From: Candidatus Aenigmatarchaeota archaeon
GTDB taxonomy: Archaea > Aenigmatarchaeota > Aenigmatarchaeia > QMZP01 > JAUXAV01
Direction: 5' to 3'
Length of the DNA: 42,178 bases
NCBI GenBank assembly: GCA_030619735.1
Contig: JAUXAV010000001.1
Span: 1 to 42,178, forward strand
Shown here: in pieces, positions 1 to 9,330 of the stretch
Layout of the letters: each line of letters opens with the position of its first letter
Position numbering within the stretch: position 1 is the first letter of the stretch
Made by a program: the position numbers and the translations under genes
The notes under the pieces: model-generated
Told to the model about the DNA's origin: nothing
The model's database searches: none
Seen by the model: only the letters and a program-made list of their open reading frames with translations

Positions 1-156
1 CCTAAGGGACAGGCTTGGCCTCTTCTTTCCGGTTTCAAATCGGTGGATTTTGGAATCAGGGACGCCCTTTGCATAGCCCTTCCTGGGCCTTTTCCTGCTC
101 TGCCTTGCATAAGGCCTCTCCATCCTTGAATAGCATTTTGCTGGTCTGAGTGCCAT
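1..156 (-). CDS. rpl10e: 50S ribosomal protein uL16/L10e, 5' part (runs off left edge)
   Basis: Manual translation MALRPAKCYSRMERPYARQSRKRPRKGYAKGVPDSKIHRFETG matches the archaeal L10e N-terminus (RPA.CY...RPY.R...Y.KGVP..KI..F); GTGAT RBS upstream. Confidence 0.9.
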   Translation of the reverse strand, partial: MALRPAKCYSRMERPYARQSRKRPRKGYAKGVPDSKIHRFETGKKRPSLSLR

Positions 157-224
157 AACAATCACTCTGTTTAGATAAGATAATATTAGTATATTTAAAT
201 GTTATAAAGTATGTGACTACAAAC

Positions 225-788
225 CTATCTGTCCTGGTGGATTTTGCTCTGGTCTATCCTGGTCTGTTTGTGGTATTTGGAGTCCTGCCTGGAACCATAG
301 GGTCTTTCGGAGGGGGAGGTCAGCTTATGGAAGGTCAGCTTGGCCACCCTCTGGCCGGGATATAATTTAACAGCGGTTTTCCCAAGATTGGTTATCTCCA
401 GGACTATCCTGCCCTCCCAGCCCGGGTTTATTGAGGAGGATGTGGTGTGAATCATTATGCCCAGTCTTCCCAGGCTTGACCTTCCGTCTACTGAACCCAC
501 CAGGTCATTTGGCATCCTTACGTATTCCTTAACTGTTCCCAGGACGAACTCACCCGGGTGGATTATGAAGGGTTTTCCGTCCTCCACCTTAACGGTTTCT
601 GTATAATTTTCCGTCTCCTTCCTGGTGTCTATAAAGGGGATGGAGCTTGTTTTGAACACCCTGAAATCGTTTCCCAGTAGCATGTCCACCCCTGAGGGCT
701 GTATCTGGACCTCTGGGTTTTCCAGGGGCTCTATCAGGATTTTTCCCTCCTTCAGGAGCTTTTTTATCTCGTGGTCTGGCAGAATCAT
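225..788 (-). CDS. dcd: dCTP deaminase
   Basis: IQPSGVD, GRSSLGRLG, PGWEGRIVLEI and PGQRVAKL motifs of the trimeric dUTPase/dCTP deaminase fold. Confidence 0.93.
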   Translation of the reverse strand: MILPDHEIKKLLKEGKILIEPLENPEVQIQPSGVDMLLGNDFRVFKTSSIPFIDTRKETENYTETVKVEDGKPFIIHPGEFVLGTVKEYVRMPNDLVGSVDGRSSLGRLGIMIHTTSSSINPGWEGRIVLEITNLGKTAVKLYPGQRVAKLTFHKLTSPSERPYGSRQDSKYHKQTRIDQSKIHQDR

Positions 789-799
789 ACCATCAAGTT

Positions 800-825
800 A
801 ATTTTATAAAAAAGATTTAAATGTT
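800..825. promoter_or_regulatory. Divergent archaeal TATA/BRE promoter region (dcd / nucleotidyltransferase)
   Basis: AAAAAAGA followed by TTTAAA (816-821) about 22 nt before ATG 844; TTTATAAA nearby for the opposite strand. Confidence 0.4.
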
Positions 826-843
826 AACAGGATAGGATTGAAT

Positions 844-1572
844 ATGGATGCGGTTATACTGTGCGGCGGCTTCGGGAGGAGGATGTGGCCCCTTACCAGG
901 GAGAGACCAAAGGCCCTGCTTGAGGTCAGGGGCAGGCCCCTTATAGAGCATATACTGGACAGGCTTGGGGGCGTAGAGGAAATAGAGAGGGTTTTTATCT
1001 CTGTTAACAGGAAATTTGATGGTCAGTTCAGGGCCTGGCTGAGCGGTTATAATTCAAAAAAGCCCCTGAAGCTCGTGGTGGAGCCCAGCATGGAGGAGGG
1101 GGAGAAGCTGGGAAGCATAGGGGCATGGGGCTTCCTGATAAGGCAGGAGGGTCTTGAAAGGCCTCTGCTATCCGTATCAGGGGATAATTTTTTTGACTTT
1201 GATTTGAAACCCTTTCTGGATTTCTACAGGAAGGTAGGGGAAACAGCAATAGGGGTCTTTGATGTGAAGGAAAGAGAAGAGGCAAGGAAGATGGGAATAG
1301 TGAAGATGGATTCGGATGGGAGAATTGTGGGGTTTGAGGAGAAGCCTGAAAAGCCCAAGGGGACCCTGGCCTCCACCGGGATATATGTATTCCCAGGGGA
1401 GGTCCTGGGGATGATTTTGAAATACCTGAAGCAGGGGGAAAATCCTGACAAGGCGGGGTTCTTCCTGGAATGGCTCCATAAAACAAGGCCCGTGTTTGGG
1501 TTTATATTCGGGGGGGAATGGGTTGACATAGGGAGCACGGAAGCATACAAGAATCTCAACAGCCAGGGTTAA
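844..1572 (+). CDS. Sugar-phosphate nucleotidyltransferase (NTP_transferase family)
   Basis: ILCGGFGRRMWPLT..RPKALL, GDN, EEKP, WVDIG motifs; ATG 844 preferred over TTG 838. Confidence 0.88.
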   Translation: MDAVILCGGFGRRMWPLTRERPKALLEVRGRPLIEHILDRLGGVEEIERVFISVNRKFDGQFRAWLSGYNSKKPLKLVVEPSMEEGEKLGSIGAWGFLIRQEGLERPLLSVSGDNFFDFDLKPFLDFYRKVGETAIGVFDVKEREEARKMGIVKMDSDGRIVGFEEKPEKPKGTLASTGIYVFPGEVLGMILKYLKQGENPDKAGFFLEWLHKTRPVFGFIFGGEWVDIGSTEAYKNLNSQG

Positions 1573-2474
1573 AGGCTGAGGCCTGATATCATATTCCTTA
1601 TCTTTTCAGCGGATTCCCTGAAGGCCTTTTCTTCATCTTCTGAGAGGTCAAGCTCCAGGATTTTCTCTATCCCTGATTTCCCTAATACAACTGGAACGCC
1701 TGTGCATATCCCCTCAATTCCGTATTCCCCCTCCAGGTAGGCGGAGAGAGGGATGGTCTCCTTCCTGTCCTTTACTATGGCCTCCGCCATCCTGGCTATT
1801 GCAATTGAGGGGGCGAACACCGTGGCTCCTTTCAGGGCTATCACCTCTGCCCCTGAAGACCTGGTCTTATTTGCTATATCTTTCATCTGCTCCTGGGAGA
1901 GAATCCCTGAAACGGGTTTTTCCTGGAAAAGGGAGTTGGAGAAGACCGGGACCATGGATTCCCCGTGTTCGCCAATAACCAGGGCATCTATCTCCTGGGG
2001 CTTTGCCCTGAGTTCCCTGGAGAGATAAAAAGCCAGTCTCTGGGAATCCAGGAGCCCTCCCATTCCCATCACCCTGTCCCTTTCAAAGCCGGTTGTTTTT
2101 TTCATTATGTATGTCAGTATGTCAATCGGGTTGGACACCTGTATTACTATGGATTCCGGGGCCAGGGTTTTTATCTTTTTGGCAACGGATTCCGTAATAT
2201 CCCTGTTCTTGTTTATGAGCCCTGTCCTGTCCATGCCCGGTTTCCTGGGAAAGCCCGCTGTGTTTATGACTATTTCTGAGCCCTTAATGTCCTGGAAATC
2301 ATTGGAGCCAGAAACCTCTACTGAAAAGGACCGGGCCGAGTGCATTATGTCCAGGGCATGTCCCTGCGGGAGGCCCTTGGCTATGTCTATAAGCTTTATG
2401 TCAGAAAGCCCCTTCTGGGCAAGCAAGAAGGCGGCCTCGCTTCCCAGCCTGCCGGAGCCTATTATGGATATCAT
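1569..2474 (-). CDS. mdh: Malate dehydrogenase (LDH-like)
   Basis: IIGSGRLG Rossmann motif, TAGFPRKPGMDR MDH loop, LDSQR, GEHGE. Confidence 0.92.
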   Translation of the reverse strand: MISIIGSGRLGSEAAFLLAQKGLSDIKLIDIAKGLPQGHALDIMHSARSFSVEVSGSNDFQDIKGSEIVINTAGFPRKPGMDRTGLINKNRDITESVAKKIKTLAPESIVIQVSNPIDILTYIMKKTTGFERDRVMGMGGLLDSQRLAFYLSRELRAKPQEIDALVIGEHGESMVPVFSNSLFQEKPVSGILSQEQMKDIANKTRSSGAEVIALKGATVFAPSIAIARMAEAIVKDRKETIPLSAYLEGEYGIEGICTGVPVVLGKSGIEKILELDLSEDEEKAFRESAEKIRNMISGLSL

Positions 2475-3316
2475 GGTTTCTCCTTTGTCATCTCCATGGT
2501 TATGTCCAGGGACTTAAAAGAATGGGTAAGGCCTCCTATGGATATGAAATCCACGCCGGTTCTGGCAACCCTCTCAAGGTTGGAGAGGTTTATTCCTCCG
2601 GATGCCTCCAGCTTGGCTTTACCCTTAATCATACTGACCGCCTTCTCCATATCTTCAGGGGGCATGTTGTCAAGCATTATTATATCGGGTCTGGATTCCA
2701 GGGCCTCCCCCAGTTGCTTTAGGGTTTCCACCTCTATCTCTACCTTCCCCTTTGATTTCCTCCTGGCGCTTTCCAGGGCATTTTTCACAGAGCCTGCAAG
2801 CATTATATGGTTGTCCTTTATCAGGGCCATATCGTAAAGGCCCATCCTGTGGTTTTCCCCTCCCCCGCATCTTACAGCATACTTTTCCAGGATTCTAAGG
2901 CCAGGGGTTGTCTTCCTGGTGTCAAGGATTTTTGCCTTGCAGGGCTTTACAGCCTCTACAAATTTTTTGGTGGTGGTAGCCACGCCGGAAAGCCTCTGCA
3001 GGAAATTCAGGGCAACCCTCTCACCGGTCAGGAGGGCCCTGGCATTGCCCTCAATCTCTGCCAGTTTCTGACCCGGCTTTATACCGTCCCCGTCCTTTGC
3101 AAGGGGCTTGAATTCAATATTTGGGTCCAGTTCCCTGAAAACCAGTTCTGCCACCCTGAGGCCGCACAGAACACCCTCCTCTTCTGCTTTAAGGACTGCC
3201 CTGGCTTTGAGATCCTGGGGGATTACAGCCTCGGTTGTTATATCTCCCTCTCCTATGTCCTCTTCCAGAGCCAGTCTGATTATGCCTTCAATCCTTTTGT
3301 GGTCTAGAGCCTGCAT
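2471..3316 (-). CDS. nadC: Quinolinate phosphoribosyltransferase (nicotinate-nucleotide diphosphorylase, carboxylating)
   Basis: GDITT, ERVALNFLQRLSGVAT, DTRKTTPGLR, HRMGLYD..LIKDNH, LDNM, EASGGI. Confidence 0.96.
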   Translation of the reverse strand: MQALDHKRIEGIIRLALEEDIGEGDITTEAVIPQDLKARAVLKAEEEGVLCGLRVAELVFRELDPNIEFKPLAKDGDGIKPGQKLAEIEGNARALLTGERVALNFLQRLSGVATTTKKFVEAVKPCKAKILDTRKTTPGLRILEKYAVRCGGGENHRMGLYDMALIKDNHIMLAGSVKNALESARRKSKGKVEIEVETLKQLGEALESRPDIIMLDNMPPEDMEKAVSMIKGKAKLEASGGINLSNLERVARTGVDFISIGGLTHSFKSLDITMEMTKEKP

Positions 3317-4020
3317 ACGGGCGGGACCTCCCTCTTGTGTTTTGATTTCTTAATCATATCCTTGACCTGCTTTAGCTTGTCTGGGTCAAGGCCCTGGGTC
3401 TTGTTGTTTTCCAGGGCTTCAAGGATTCTGTCAAGCTCCCCATAGGTTATGCCCAGTTCCTTTTCATCATACTGTCCTTTCCATAGGCCTGCTGATGGTG
3501 ATTTGTTTATAATCTCGTCTGGAATTCCTAATTCCCTTGCCAGTTCTATAACCTGGGTCTTAAACAGGTCTCCTAGGGGTAGTATGTCCGCGGCGCTATC
3601 GGCATGCTTAGTTAGGTAGCCTATGAGTAGTTCTGTCTTGTTTCCTGTCCCGACAACAAGGTATTTTTTGAGGTTTGCAAAATAGTAGAGGGTGAGCATC
3701 CTGAGCCTGGGTTTTATGTTCGCCCTTGATATCTGGTCCCCCTCTGGGAGCGAGCGGGCAATTGTATCATATGCCTCTGACAGGTCAATGGTCTCTGTTT
3801 TGATATTGAATTTTTCAGTTATTAGCTTGGCGTGCTCCAGGTCTTTGGGGTCAGAATGGCAGGGCATGAGCAGCCCTAAAACATTTTCATCTAGGGCCTT
3901 TTTGCAGAGGACTGCTGTGACTGAGGAATCCAGGCCGCCACTAAGGCCTAATACAGCACCCTTTGCGCCTGCGGATTTCACCCTTTCTGCAATCCATTCG
4001 GATATTTTTTCCGGTATCAT
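3304..4020 (-). CDS. nadE: NH3-dependent NAD+ synthetase
   Basis: GLSGGLDS PP-loop, NIKPRLRM, GTGNKTE, PSAGLW.GQ.DE..LG, HKR. Confidence 0.94.
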   Translation of the reverse strand: MIPEKISEWIAERVKSAGAKGAVLGLSGGLDSSVTAVLCKKALDENVLGLLMPCHSDPKDLEHAKLITEKFNIKTETIDLSEAYDTIARSLPEGDQISRANIKPRLRMLTLYYFANLKKYLVVGTGNKTELLIGYLTKHADSAADILPLGDLFKTQVIELARELGIPDEIINKSPSAGLWKGQYDEKELGITYGELDRILEALENNKTQGLDPDKLKQVKDMIKKSKHKREVPPVCRL

Positions 4021-5162
4021 TTCCTGTCCTCCAGGAGCTTTTTGTATTCCTTTATCATTATCCCTGCAAGCCTGTCCCAGGAATATTGCCTGGATTTCAG
4101 CTTTGCCTTGGCTCCCATAGATTTTATCAGGGCAGGCTTTTTAAGCAGACTGGAGATTGCAAGCTTCAGGGCCTTGGAACTCCTTGGCTTTGCAAGGATT
4201 CCTATTCCCTTATCGATTATTTCTGGAAGGCTTGTGACCCTGCATGCAACCACGGGTTTTCCGCAGGCCATGGCCTCCAGAGCAACATTAGGGAAGCCTT
4301 CATGGAGTGATGGCAAAACAAGGAAGTCAGAGGCGGAAAGGAAATCCTTTATATCACTCCTAAGGCCTGCGAATATGACAGAATCTGATATGCCAAGAGA
4401 ATCTACCTGTTGCTCAAGCTCCTGCCTTATAGGACCGTCACCCACTATCAGGAGCTTTGTATTGGGACTTGCTTTCACTATCCCCGACATTGCAGAGAAG
4501 AGATATTTCAGGCCCTTAACCTTTACCAGTCTTCCTACAAAAAGGATGACTCTGCTCTTGGCAGGTATGTTAAATTCCCTCCTTAATTTGTTTCCATTAG
4601 CTCCCTGGAACCTGGAGAGGTCTATGCCATTAGGTATTACCTTTGCATTTATCCTCCTGCCGTACCAGTCCGAGGCGGAGTCTACTATATGCTGGGTGAT
4701 GGCAGTCACAAGGTCTGCCCTGGCTAAGGCCCTCTTCTCAAACATCTGGAGCATCCTGGCCAGTTTACTGCCACGGGCCTTTATATTGTCAGGTATGGTC
4801 CCCCTCATGGTATAGACCAGGGGTATGCCTGCAAGCTTCTTGACCGCAGAACCCACAAAGCCTGATATGGGGTTGTTGGCATGTATGATTTCTATCCTGT
4901 GCTTTCTGACATAGCGGAGGATATAGGGTATGGAGAACAGGTTATAGCTCAGGTAGGAGAGGCTTATGTCCCCGAATTCTTTTCTTATATGGGGTATCTT
5001 CACAGGGTGGATATTTTTGTATCTGGGAGCTCCTTTCTCGGCTACGAAGAGGAAGACCTGATGGCCTTTCCCAGCCAATCTCTTTGAGAGCTCAAAGACC
5101 TGGTTGTCTATCCCGCTCATCTTCGGGGGGAAGGACCTTGCACCCAGTATCGCTATCTTCAT
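4017..5162 (-). CDS. Glycosyltransferase family 4 (GT-B)
   Basis: IPNGID, FVGRL..VKG, EGFPNVALEAMACG (EX7E motif). Confidence 0.92.
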   Translation of the reverse strand: MKIAILGARSFPPKMSGIDNQVFELSKRLAGKGHQVFLFVAEKGAPRYKNIHPVKIPHIRKEFGDISLSYLSYNLFSIPYILRYVRKHRIEIIHANNPISGFVGSAVKKLAGIPLVYTMRGTIPDNIKARGSKLARMLQMFEKRALARADLVTAITQHIVDSASDWYGRRINAKVIPNGIDLSRFQGANGNKLRREFNIPAKSRVILFVGRLVKVKGLKYLFSAMSGIVKASPNTKLLIVGDGPIRQELEQQVDSLGISDSVIFAGLRSDIKDFLSASDFLVLPSLHEGFPNVALEAMACGKPVVACRVTSLPEIIDKGIGILAKPRSSKALKLAISSLLKKPALIKSMGAKAKLKSRQYSWDRLAGIMIKEYKKLLEDRK

Positions 5163-5168
5163 ATTAAA

Positions 5169-7013
5169 TCACACATACTTGTCAAGCCTGAACTCAGGCT
5201 TCTCAAACTCAAAATGCATCTTGTACCAGAGTATAAAGGATACCAAGGTCCAGAACTGCCTGGTATAGTAGCGCCTGCTCCTTTCATAGTTATCTATAAT
5301 TTTCCTGATTTCCTGCCTTTTTAGCAGGTGTTTTGGAGCCGAGTCAAATAACTGCAAAGCAATGTCCCTTAATCCCTCCTGCATCCATTTTTCTGTTGGC
5401 AGGACAAAGCCGGATTTCTTCCTCTTTGCTATCAGCTGAGGCAATCGCTTTGCAACAGCCTTCCTGAACATATATTTGGTTTTCAATCTTCTCAGCTTCA
5501 TGACTGGAGGTATGCTGAAGGCAAAGTCAATGAATCTGCGGTCAAGATATGGGACCCTAGCTTCAATGGCATGGGCCATAGTCATCCGGTCCACCTTCAT
5601 TAAATAATCATTTGGAAGCTGTGTATTGAAGTCTGTGTACATCATGTTCTGTAGCAGGGGATTTTTGGCAGAGAAGAGGGGTTCTATAGTATTTCTTCCT
5701 GTCATGATGTTTCTTGAAAATCTTGTGGAAAAGATTCTTCTCTTTTCATCAGGGGTGAATGTGGATATATAGGAGAGGAATGCATCCACGTCATCTGATT
5801 TCTCCAATTTTTTAAACCTGGAATAGGTTTCTTTAGACATCCTTTTGCTGATTATCTTGGACGTTATCCTGCTTATGGGGGACGGGATTTTTTTATACAT
5901 CCTGCGCATCATCATAACCCTGTACCGGTCATAGCCTCCCAGCATCTCATCCCCTCCATCACCCATCAATGCAACTGTTAGGTGTTTCTTGGTCTCCTGT
6001 GACATTATGTAAAGGGGTATTGCTGCAATATCCACAACAGGGGTGTCCAGATGCCACGTTATCCTGGGGAGAATCTTCAAATCAGCCTGCTCCACTATTA
6101 TCTCCTTGTGGTCTGTCCCCAGGTGCTCTGCTACCATCCTTCCGAACCTGGTCTCATCTGTTGGGTGGCCGAAACCGATGGTGAAGGTCCTGACATCCGG
6201 ATGGACCTGGCTTGCCAGGGCTGCTATGTAGCTTGAGTCCAGGCCGCCGGAGAGGTAAATGCCCAGAGGGACATCTGAGACCAGCCTAAGATTGACGGAT
6301 TCCCTAAGGTTTTCCTCTATCCTTTTCATGCATTCCTTTTTTGACATTTTTCTTGTTTCCAGGCCGGGCTTCCAGTAAATCTTCCTCTGGAGCTTCAGGG
6401 TTTTCAAATTCAGTATGAGGTATTCTGAGGGTAGGAGCATCCTAATACCTTTAAAAAGGGTCCTGGGCGCGAGGGCATACTGGAAGGTGAAAAGCTCGTC
6501 CAAGGCCTTAAGGTCAAGGGGGAATTTCTTGTATTGAAGAAGGGCTTTAATCTCAGAAGCGAAAAGGAATTTCCTGCTAGAAAAATGGTAGTATAGGGGC
6601 TTTATCCCCGCCCTGTCCCTGGCGAGCATGAGGGTTTTTTTATTGGAATCATAAAGGGCAAAAGCGAACATGCCCCTTAGTTTCTTTATGAAGTCAGGGC
6701 CGAGCTCTTCATACAGATGGACCATAACCTCTGTGTCGCTGTTGGAAAAAAAGCTATGCCTGTCCAGTTGTTTTTTCAGCTCCTTGTAGTTGTATATCTC
6801 TCCGTTGCAGATTAGCTGAATGGTTCCGTTTTCATTGGAGAGCGGCTGCCTGGCCTTTCTGGAGAGGTCTATTATGGATAAGCGGTTGTGGCCAAGGGAG
6901 ATGTTTTTGTCTGTGAAAGAGCCAGAATCATCAGGCCCCCTGTGGTTTAGGGATTCCATCATCTTCCTGAGAAGTCCGGGGTCCTCGAAATTGAAGCCTG
7001 TTATGCCGCACAT
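5169..7013 (-). CDS. asnB: Asparagine synthase (glutamine-hydrolysing)-like amidotransferase
   Basis: N-terminal MCGI, HRGPD, RLSIIDL, NGEIYN, LSGGLDSS, GDGGDE..GGY, EARVPYLD. Confidence 0.95.
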   Translation of the reverse strand: MCGITGFNFEDPGLLRKMMESLNHRGPDDSGSFTDKNISLGHNRLSIIDLSRKARQPLSNENGTIQLICNGEIYNYKELKKQLDRHSFFSNSDTEVMVHLYEELGPDFIKKLRGMFAFALYDSNKKTLMLARDRAGIKPLYYHFSSRKFLFASEIKALLQYKKFPLDLKALDELFTFQYALAPRTLFKGIRMLLPSEYLILNLKTLKLQRKIYWKPGLETRKMSKKECMKRIEENLRESVNLRLVSDVPLGIYLSGGLDSSYIAALASQVHPDVRTFTIGFGHPTDETRFGRMVAEHLGTDHKEIIVEQADLKILPRITWHLDTPVVDIAAIPLYIMSQETKKHLTVALMGDGGDEMLGGYDRYRVMMMRRMYKKIPSPISRITSKIISKRMSKETYSRFKKLEKSDDVDAFLSYISTFTPDEKRRIFSTRFSRNIMTGRNTIEPLFSAKNPLLQNMMYTDFNTQLPNDYLMKVDRMTMAHAIEARVPYLDRRFIDFAFSIPPVMKLRRLKTKYMFRKAVAKRLPQLIAKRKKSGFVLPTEKWMQEGLRDIALQLFDSAPKHLLKRQEIRKIIDNYERSRRYYTRQFWTLVSFILWYKMHFEFEKPEFRLDKYV

Positions 7014-7113
7014 AATGGTTAATTTAAAGTCCTTCTATATATTCCATTACCCCAGCCTTCCTTTTATGATAGCGATGCTATTTTATAAGCTTTGCTGCAT
7101 ATTCAATAATGAA

Positions 7114-7151
7114 GTGAAGGTAATGAATGTTTACAGGTGAAGGTAATGAAT
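7114..7151 (+). repeat. 15-bp direct repeat GTGAAGGTAATGAAT duplicating the RBS/start region of the GT4 gene
   Basis: Exact copies at 7114-7128 and 7137-7151. Confidence 0.8.
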
Positions 7152-8273
7152 ATCTTGATACTGGGTTCGCTTTCGGCATGGGATGCTGTCACAGGCGGGA
7201 TGGAAAATTACATAACAGAGGTTTCGGAGCGGCTTGCAAAAAGGCACAATGTGCATGTCATAGTCAATAACAATGATAAAGGCAGCCTGAAATCAGAGGA
7301 AAAAATAAACAGGGTATCGGTCTATAGGCTGGGTTACAGCAGGATAGGGTTGAAAAGGATGCTAATCTACCCACTTGATTATTACAGGATTGCCAAAAAA
7401 ATAATTGAAGAAAACGATATTGAAATCATACATTCGCTTGCATCATATCCGATGGGATATATAGCGTGCAGGCTTGGTAAAAAATTCAACATACCCTCCC
7501 TTATCAGCATCAGGAACACCATCCCGAGCTATATGAACACTGTTTTTATAAAAAGGCATTTCCTGAATTACACGTTCAAAAATGCCACGGGCTTGCATAC
7601 AGCAAGTAATTATCTTAAAGAACAAGTGAAGTTTTTTTTCAGAAGGGAGGCGTTAACAGTTTATAACGGGGTTGACATAAAACCCCCTGGTTCTGGCACC
7701 AAAAAGAGGATAAGGAATAAATACGGCCTGAAATTCCCGACAATCATATGCGTTTCACACTATAGGCCACCACAGAAAAGGCAGGACATACTGGTAAGGG
7801 CTGGGAAAGGGGTAATCGAAAAGTACCCTGAAATGAAAATCCTGTTTATAGGCAGGGGGTTTTCAGAATCCATTTTAAGCCTGGCAAGGGGACTGGGACT
7901 GGATAATAACATTTTATTTTTGGGTGGAAAGCCCCGCAATGAAATCCCCCTTTATCTGTCAGTATCAGATGTTTTTGCGCTGCCTACCTTATTTGAGGGA
8001 TTGCCGAATGCTGTGCTTGAGGCACTGGCCATGGGTGTCCCTGTTGTGGCCACAAAAACAGGGTCGCTGCCAGAGGTGGTTGAAAATGATATTGACGGCA
8101 AACTTGTCCCTCTTAGCGCAGAGGGGTTTGCAGAAGGGATACTGGATTTGCTTTCAGACAGGAAAAGATTAAACACTATGGGCAGCAGCGGAGTAAGGAA
8201 AACCAGGAAATTCACCTGGGAGAACACCGCAAGGGGAATTGAAACTGAGATGATAAGACTGGTCAAGAAATAG
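7137..8273 (+). CDS. Glycosyltransferase family 4 (GT-B)
   Basis: GGME, VYNGVD, EGLPNAVLEALAMG; the true start is probably ATG 7146. Confidence 0.92.
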   Translation: MKVMNILILGSLSAWDAVTGGMENYITEVSERLAKRHNVHVIVNNNDKGSLKSEEKINRVSVYRLGYSRIGLKRMLIYPLDYYRIAKKIIEENDIEIIHSLASYPMGYIACRLGKKFNIPSLISIRNTIPSYMNTVFIKRHFLNYTFKNATGLHTASNYLKEQVKFFFRREALTVYNGVDIKPPGSGTKKRIRNKYGLKFPTIICVSHYRPPQKRQDILVRAGKGVIEKYPEMKILFIGRGFSESILSLARGLGLDNNILFLGGKPRNEIPLYLSVSDVFALPTLFEGLPNAVLEALAMGVPVVATKTGSLPEVVENDIDGKLVPLSAEGFAEGILDLLSDRKRLNTMGSSGVRKTRKFTWENTARGIETEMIRLVKK

Positions 8274-8520
8274 CTAACTTCCTTTCTTCATTCTGTAGTA
8301 AAGCATCTTGCTCTTTTCATATATTTTTCTGTCCAGAGGGAAGCCGAATATATTGTACCTTGTCCTGAACCTTGCAATTGTGCTGAATATCTCCTTTCCC
8401 AGGGACAGATTCTTCTGGCCTGAAAGCATGGTGTAGAACCATATGTCTGAAATGTTTTCGTTAAAATCCACCCAGGGGATGTTCCTGGATGACACATAAC
8501 CGAAGACTAGCCTGGATTTT
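8274..8520 (-). pseudogene. C-terminal remnant of a cobalamin-dependent radical SAM protein
   Basis: ARFRTRYNIFGFPLDRKIY parallels AARWKHRFFSFPFEYIF (24784-26286) and QWRLSNRNFSFPIELP (13194-14666). Confidence 0.65.
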
Positions 8521-9139
8521 GCTTATCCCTTTTTTTTGCATAGACAATGAAACCTAGTGGAAACAGGTCGTCTTTAATATTTAATCTTGCTATTAAGGGA
8601 TTAAATATATTAAGGATTATTGCAGCTTTTCCTCCTACTAGCATGCCCCAGATGGCATGGAGCCTGTTTCCATATCCTTGTATTTCAACTGTACTGAATT
8701 TCCTAAAGAGATGCTCTAAAGAGTCTTTGGTGAATCTATAATAATCTTTTGGATCTGGATGATAGCTGTGTATGAATGGTGTGGAGAGGATGCAGATCCC
8801 CCCCCTCTTCAGTACTCTATGAATTTCGTTTACGGACTTCTGGGGTTCTTCCAAGTGCTCTATCACCTCGGTAGCGATGACTATATCGAAGTAGTTTGAT
8901 TTCCATTTTATGTCTTGTAGGTCACAGCAAATATCTGGATTGTGACTTTTCTCTATGTCTAATGTCATGTATTTCGTGTGTGGTATATGTTCTTTATAGG
9001 GGGACCCCTTTGCACCGACATCAAGGACTATTCCAGCTTTAAGTTGTTTGAAATAGTGTAACAACAATTTGTTTAAGCACAGCCTCGATGCACTTTTAAT
9101 TTTCAATGTCGGTGATTTTTTAAGTAGTTTTACTATCAT
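8507..9139 (-). CDS. Class I SAM-dependent methyltransferase (Methyltransf_11-like)
   Basis: VLDVGA, FDIVIATEVIEHL, RVLKRGG, H..P.DYYRFT. Confidence 0.88.
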   Translation of the reverse strand: MIVKLLKKSPTLKIKSASRLCLNKLLLHYFKQLKAGIVLDVGAKGSPYKEHIPHTKYMTLDIEKSHNPDICCDLQDIKWKSNYFDIVIATEVIEHLEEPQKSVNEIHRVLKRGGICILSTPFIHSYHPDPKDYYRFTKDSLEHLFRKFSTVEIQGYGNRLHAIWGMLVGGKAAIILNIFNPLIARLNIKDDLFPLGFIVYAKKRDKQNPG

Positions 9140-9170
9140 ATTACCCTCTAAGTTATATTGACATACTAAC

Positions 9171-9330
9171 TCAGACCTTTGAGAGCTCTTTTTTGAACTC
9201 CTTTGCCTTTCCTAGAGGATTTTGTTCGCCTTTATCACTATATCCCTGGGATTAAGACCTGAAACTGATTCAACCTGAATATAAATTTGTTGGGGTTGCC
9301 TTTTATCTTTATCCCATTCCCGAGCGTGTC
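9171..9330 (-). pseudogene. rpoD: Decayed 3' end of RNA polymerase subunit D (Rpo3)
   Basis: Allowing two 1-bp deletions and one TAG, it reads GIKIKGNPNKFIFxVESVSGLNPRDIVIKANKIL*xKAKEFKKELSKV, the archaeal RpoD C-terminal FIF.VES.G/S.L.P..I...A..IL..K pattern. Confidence 0.75.
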
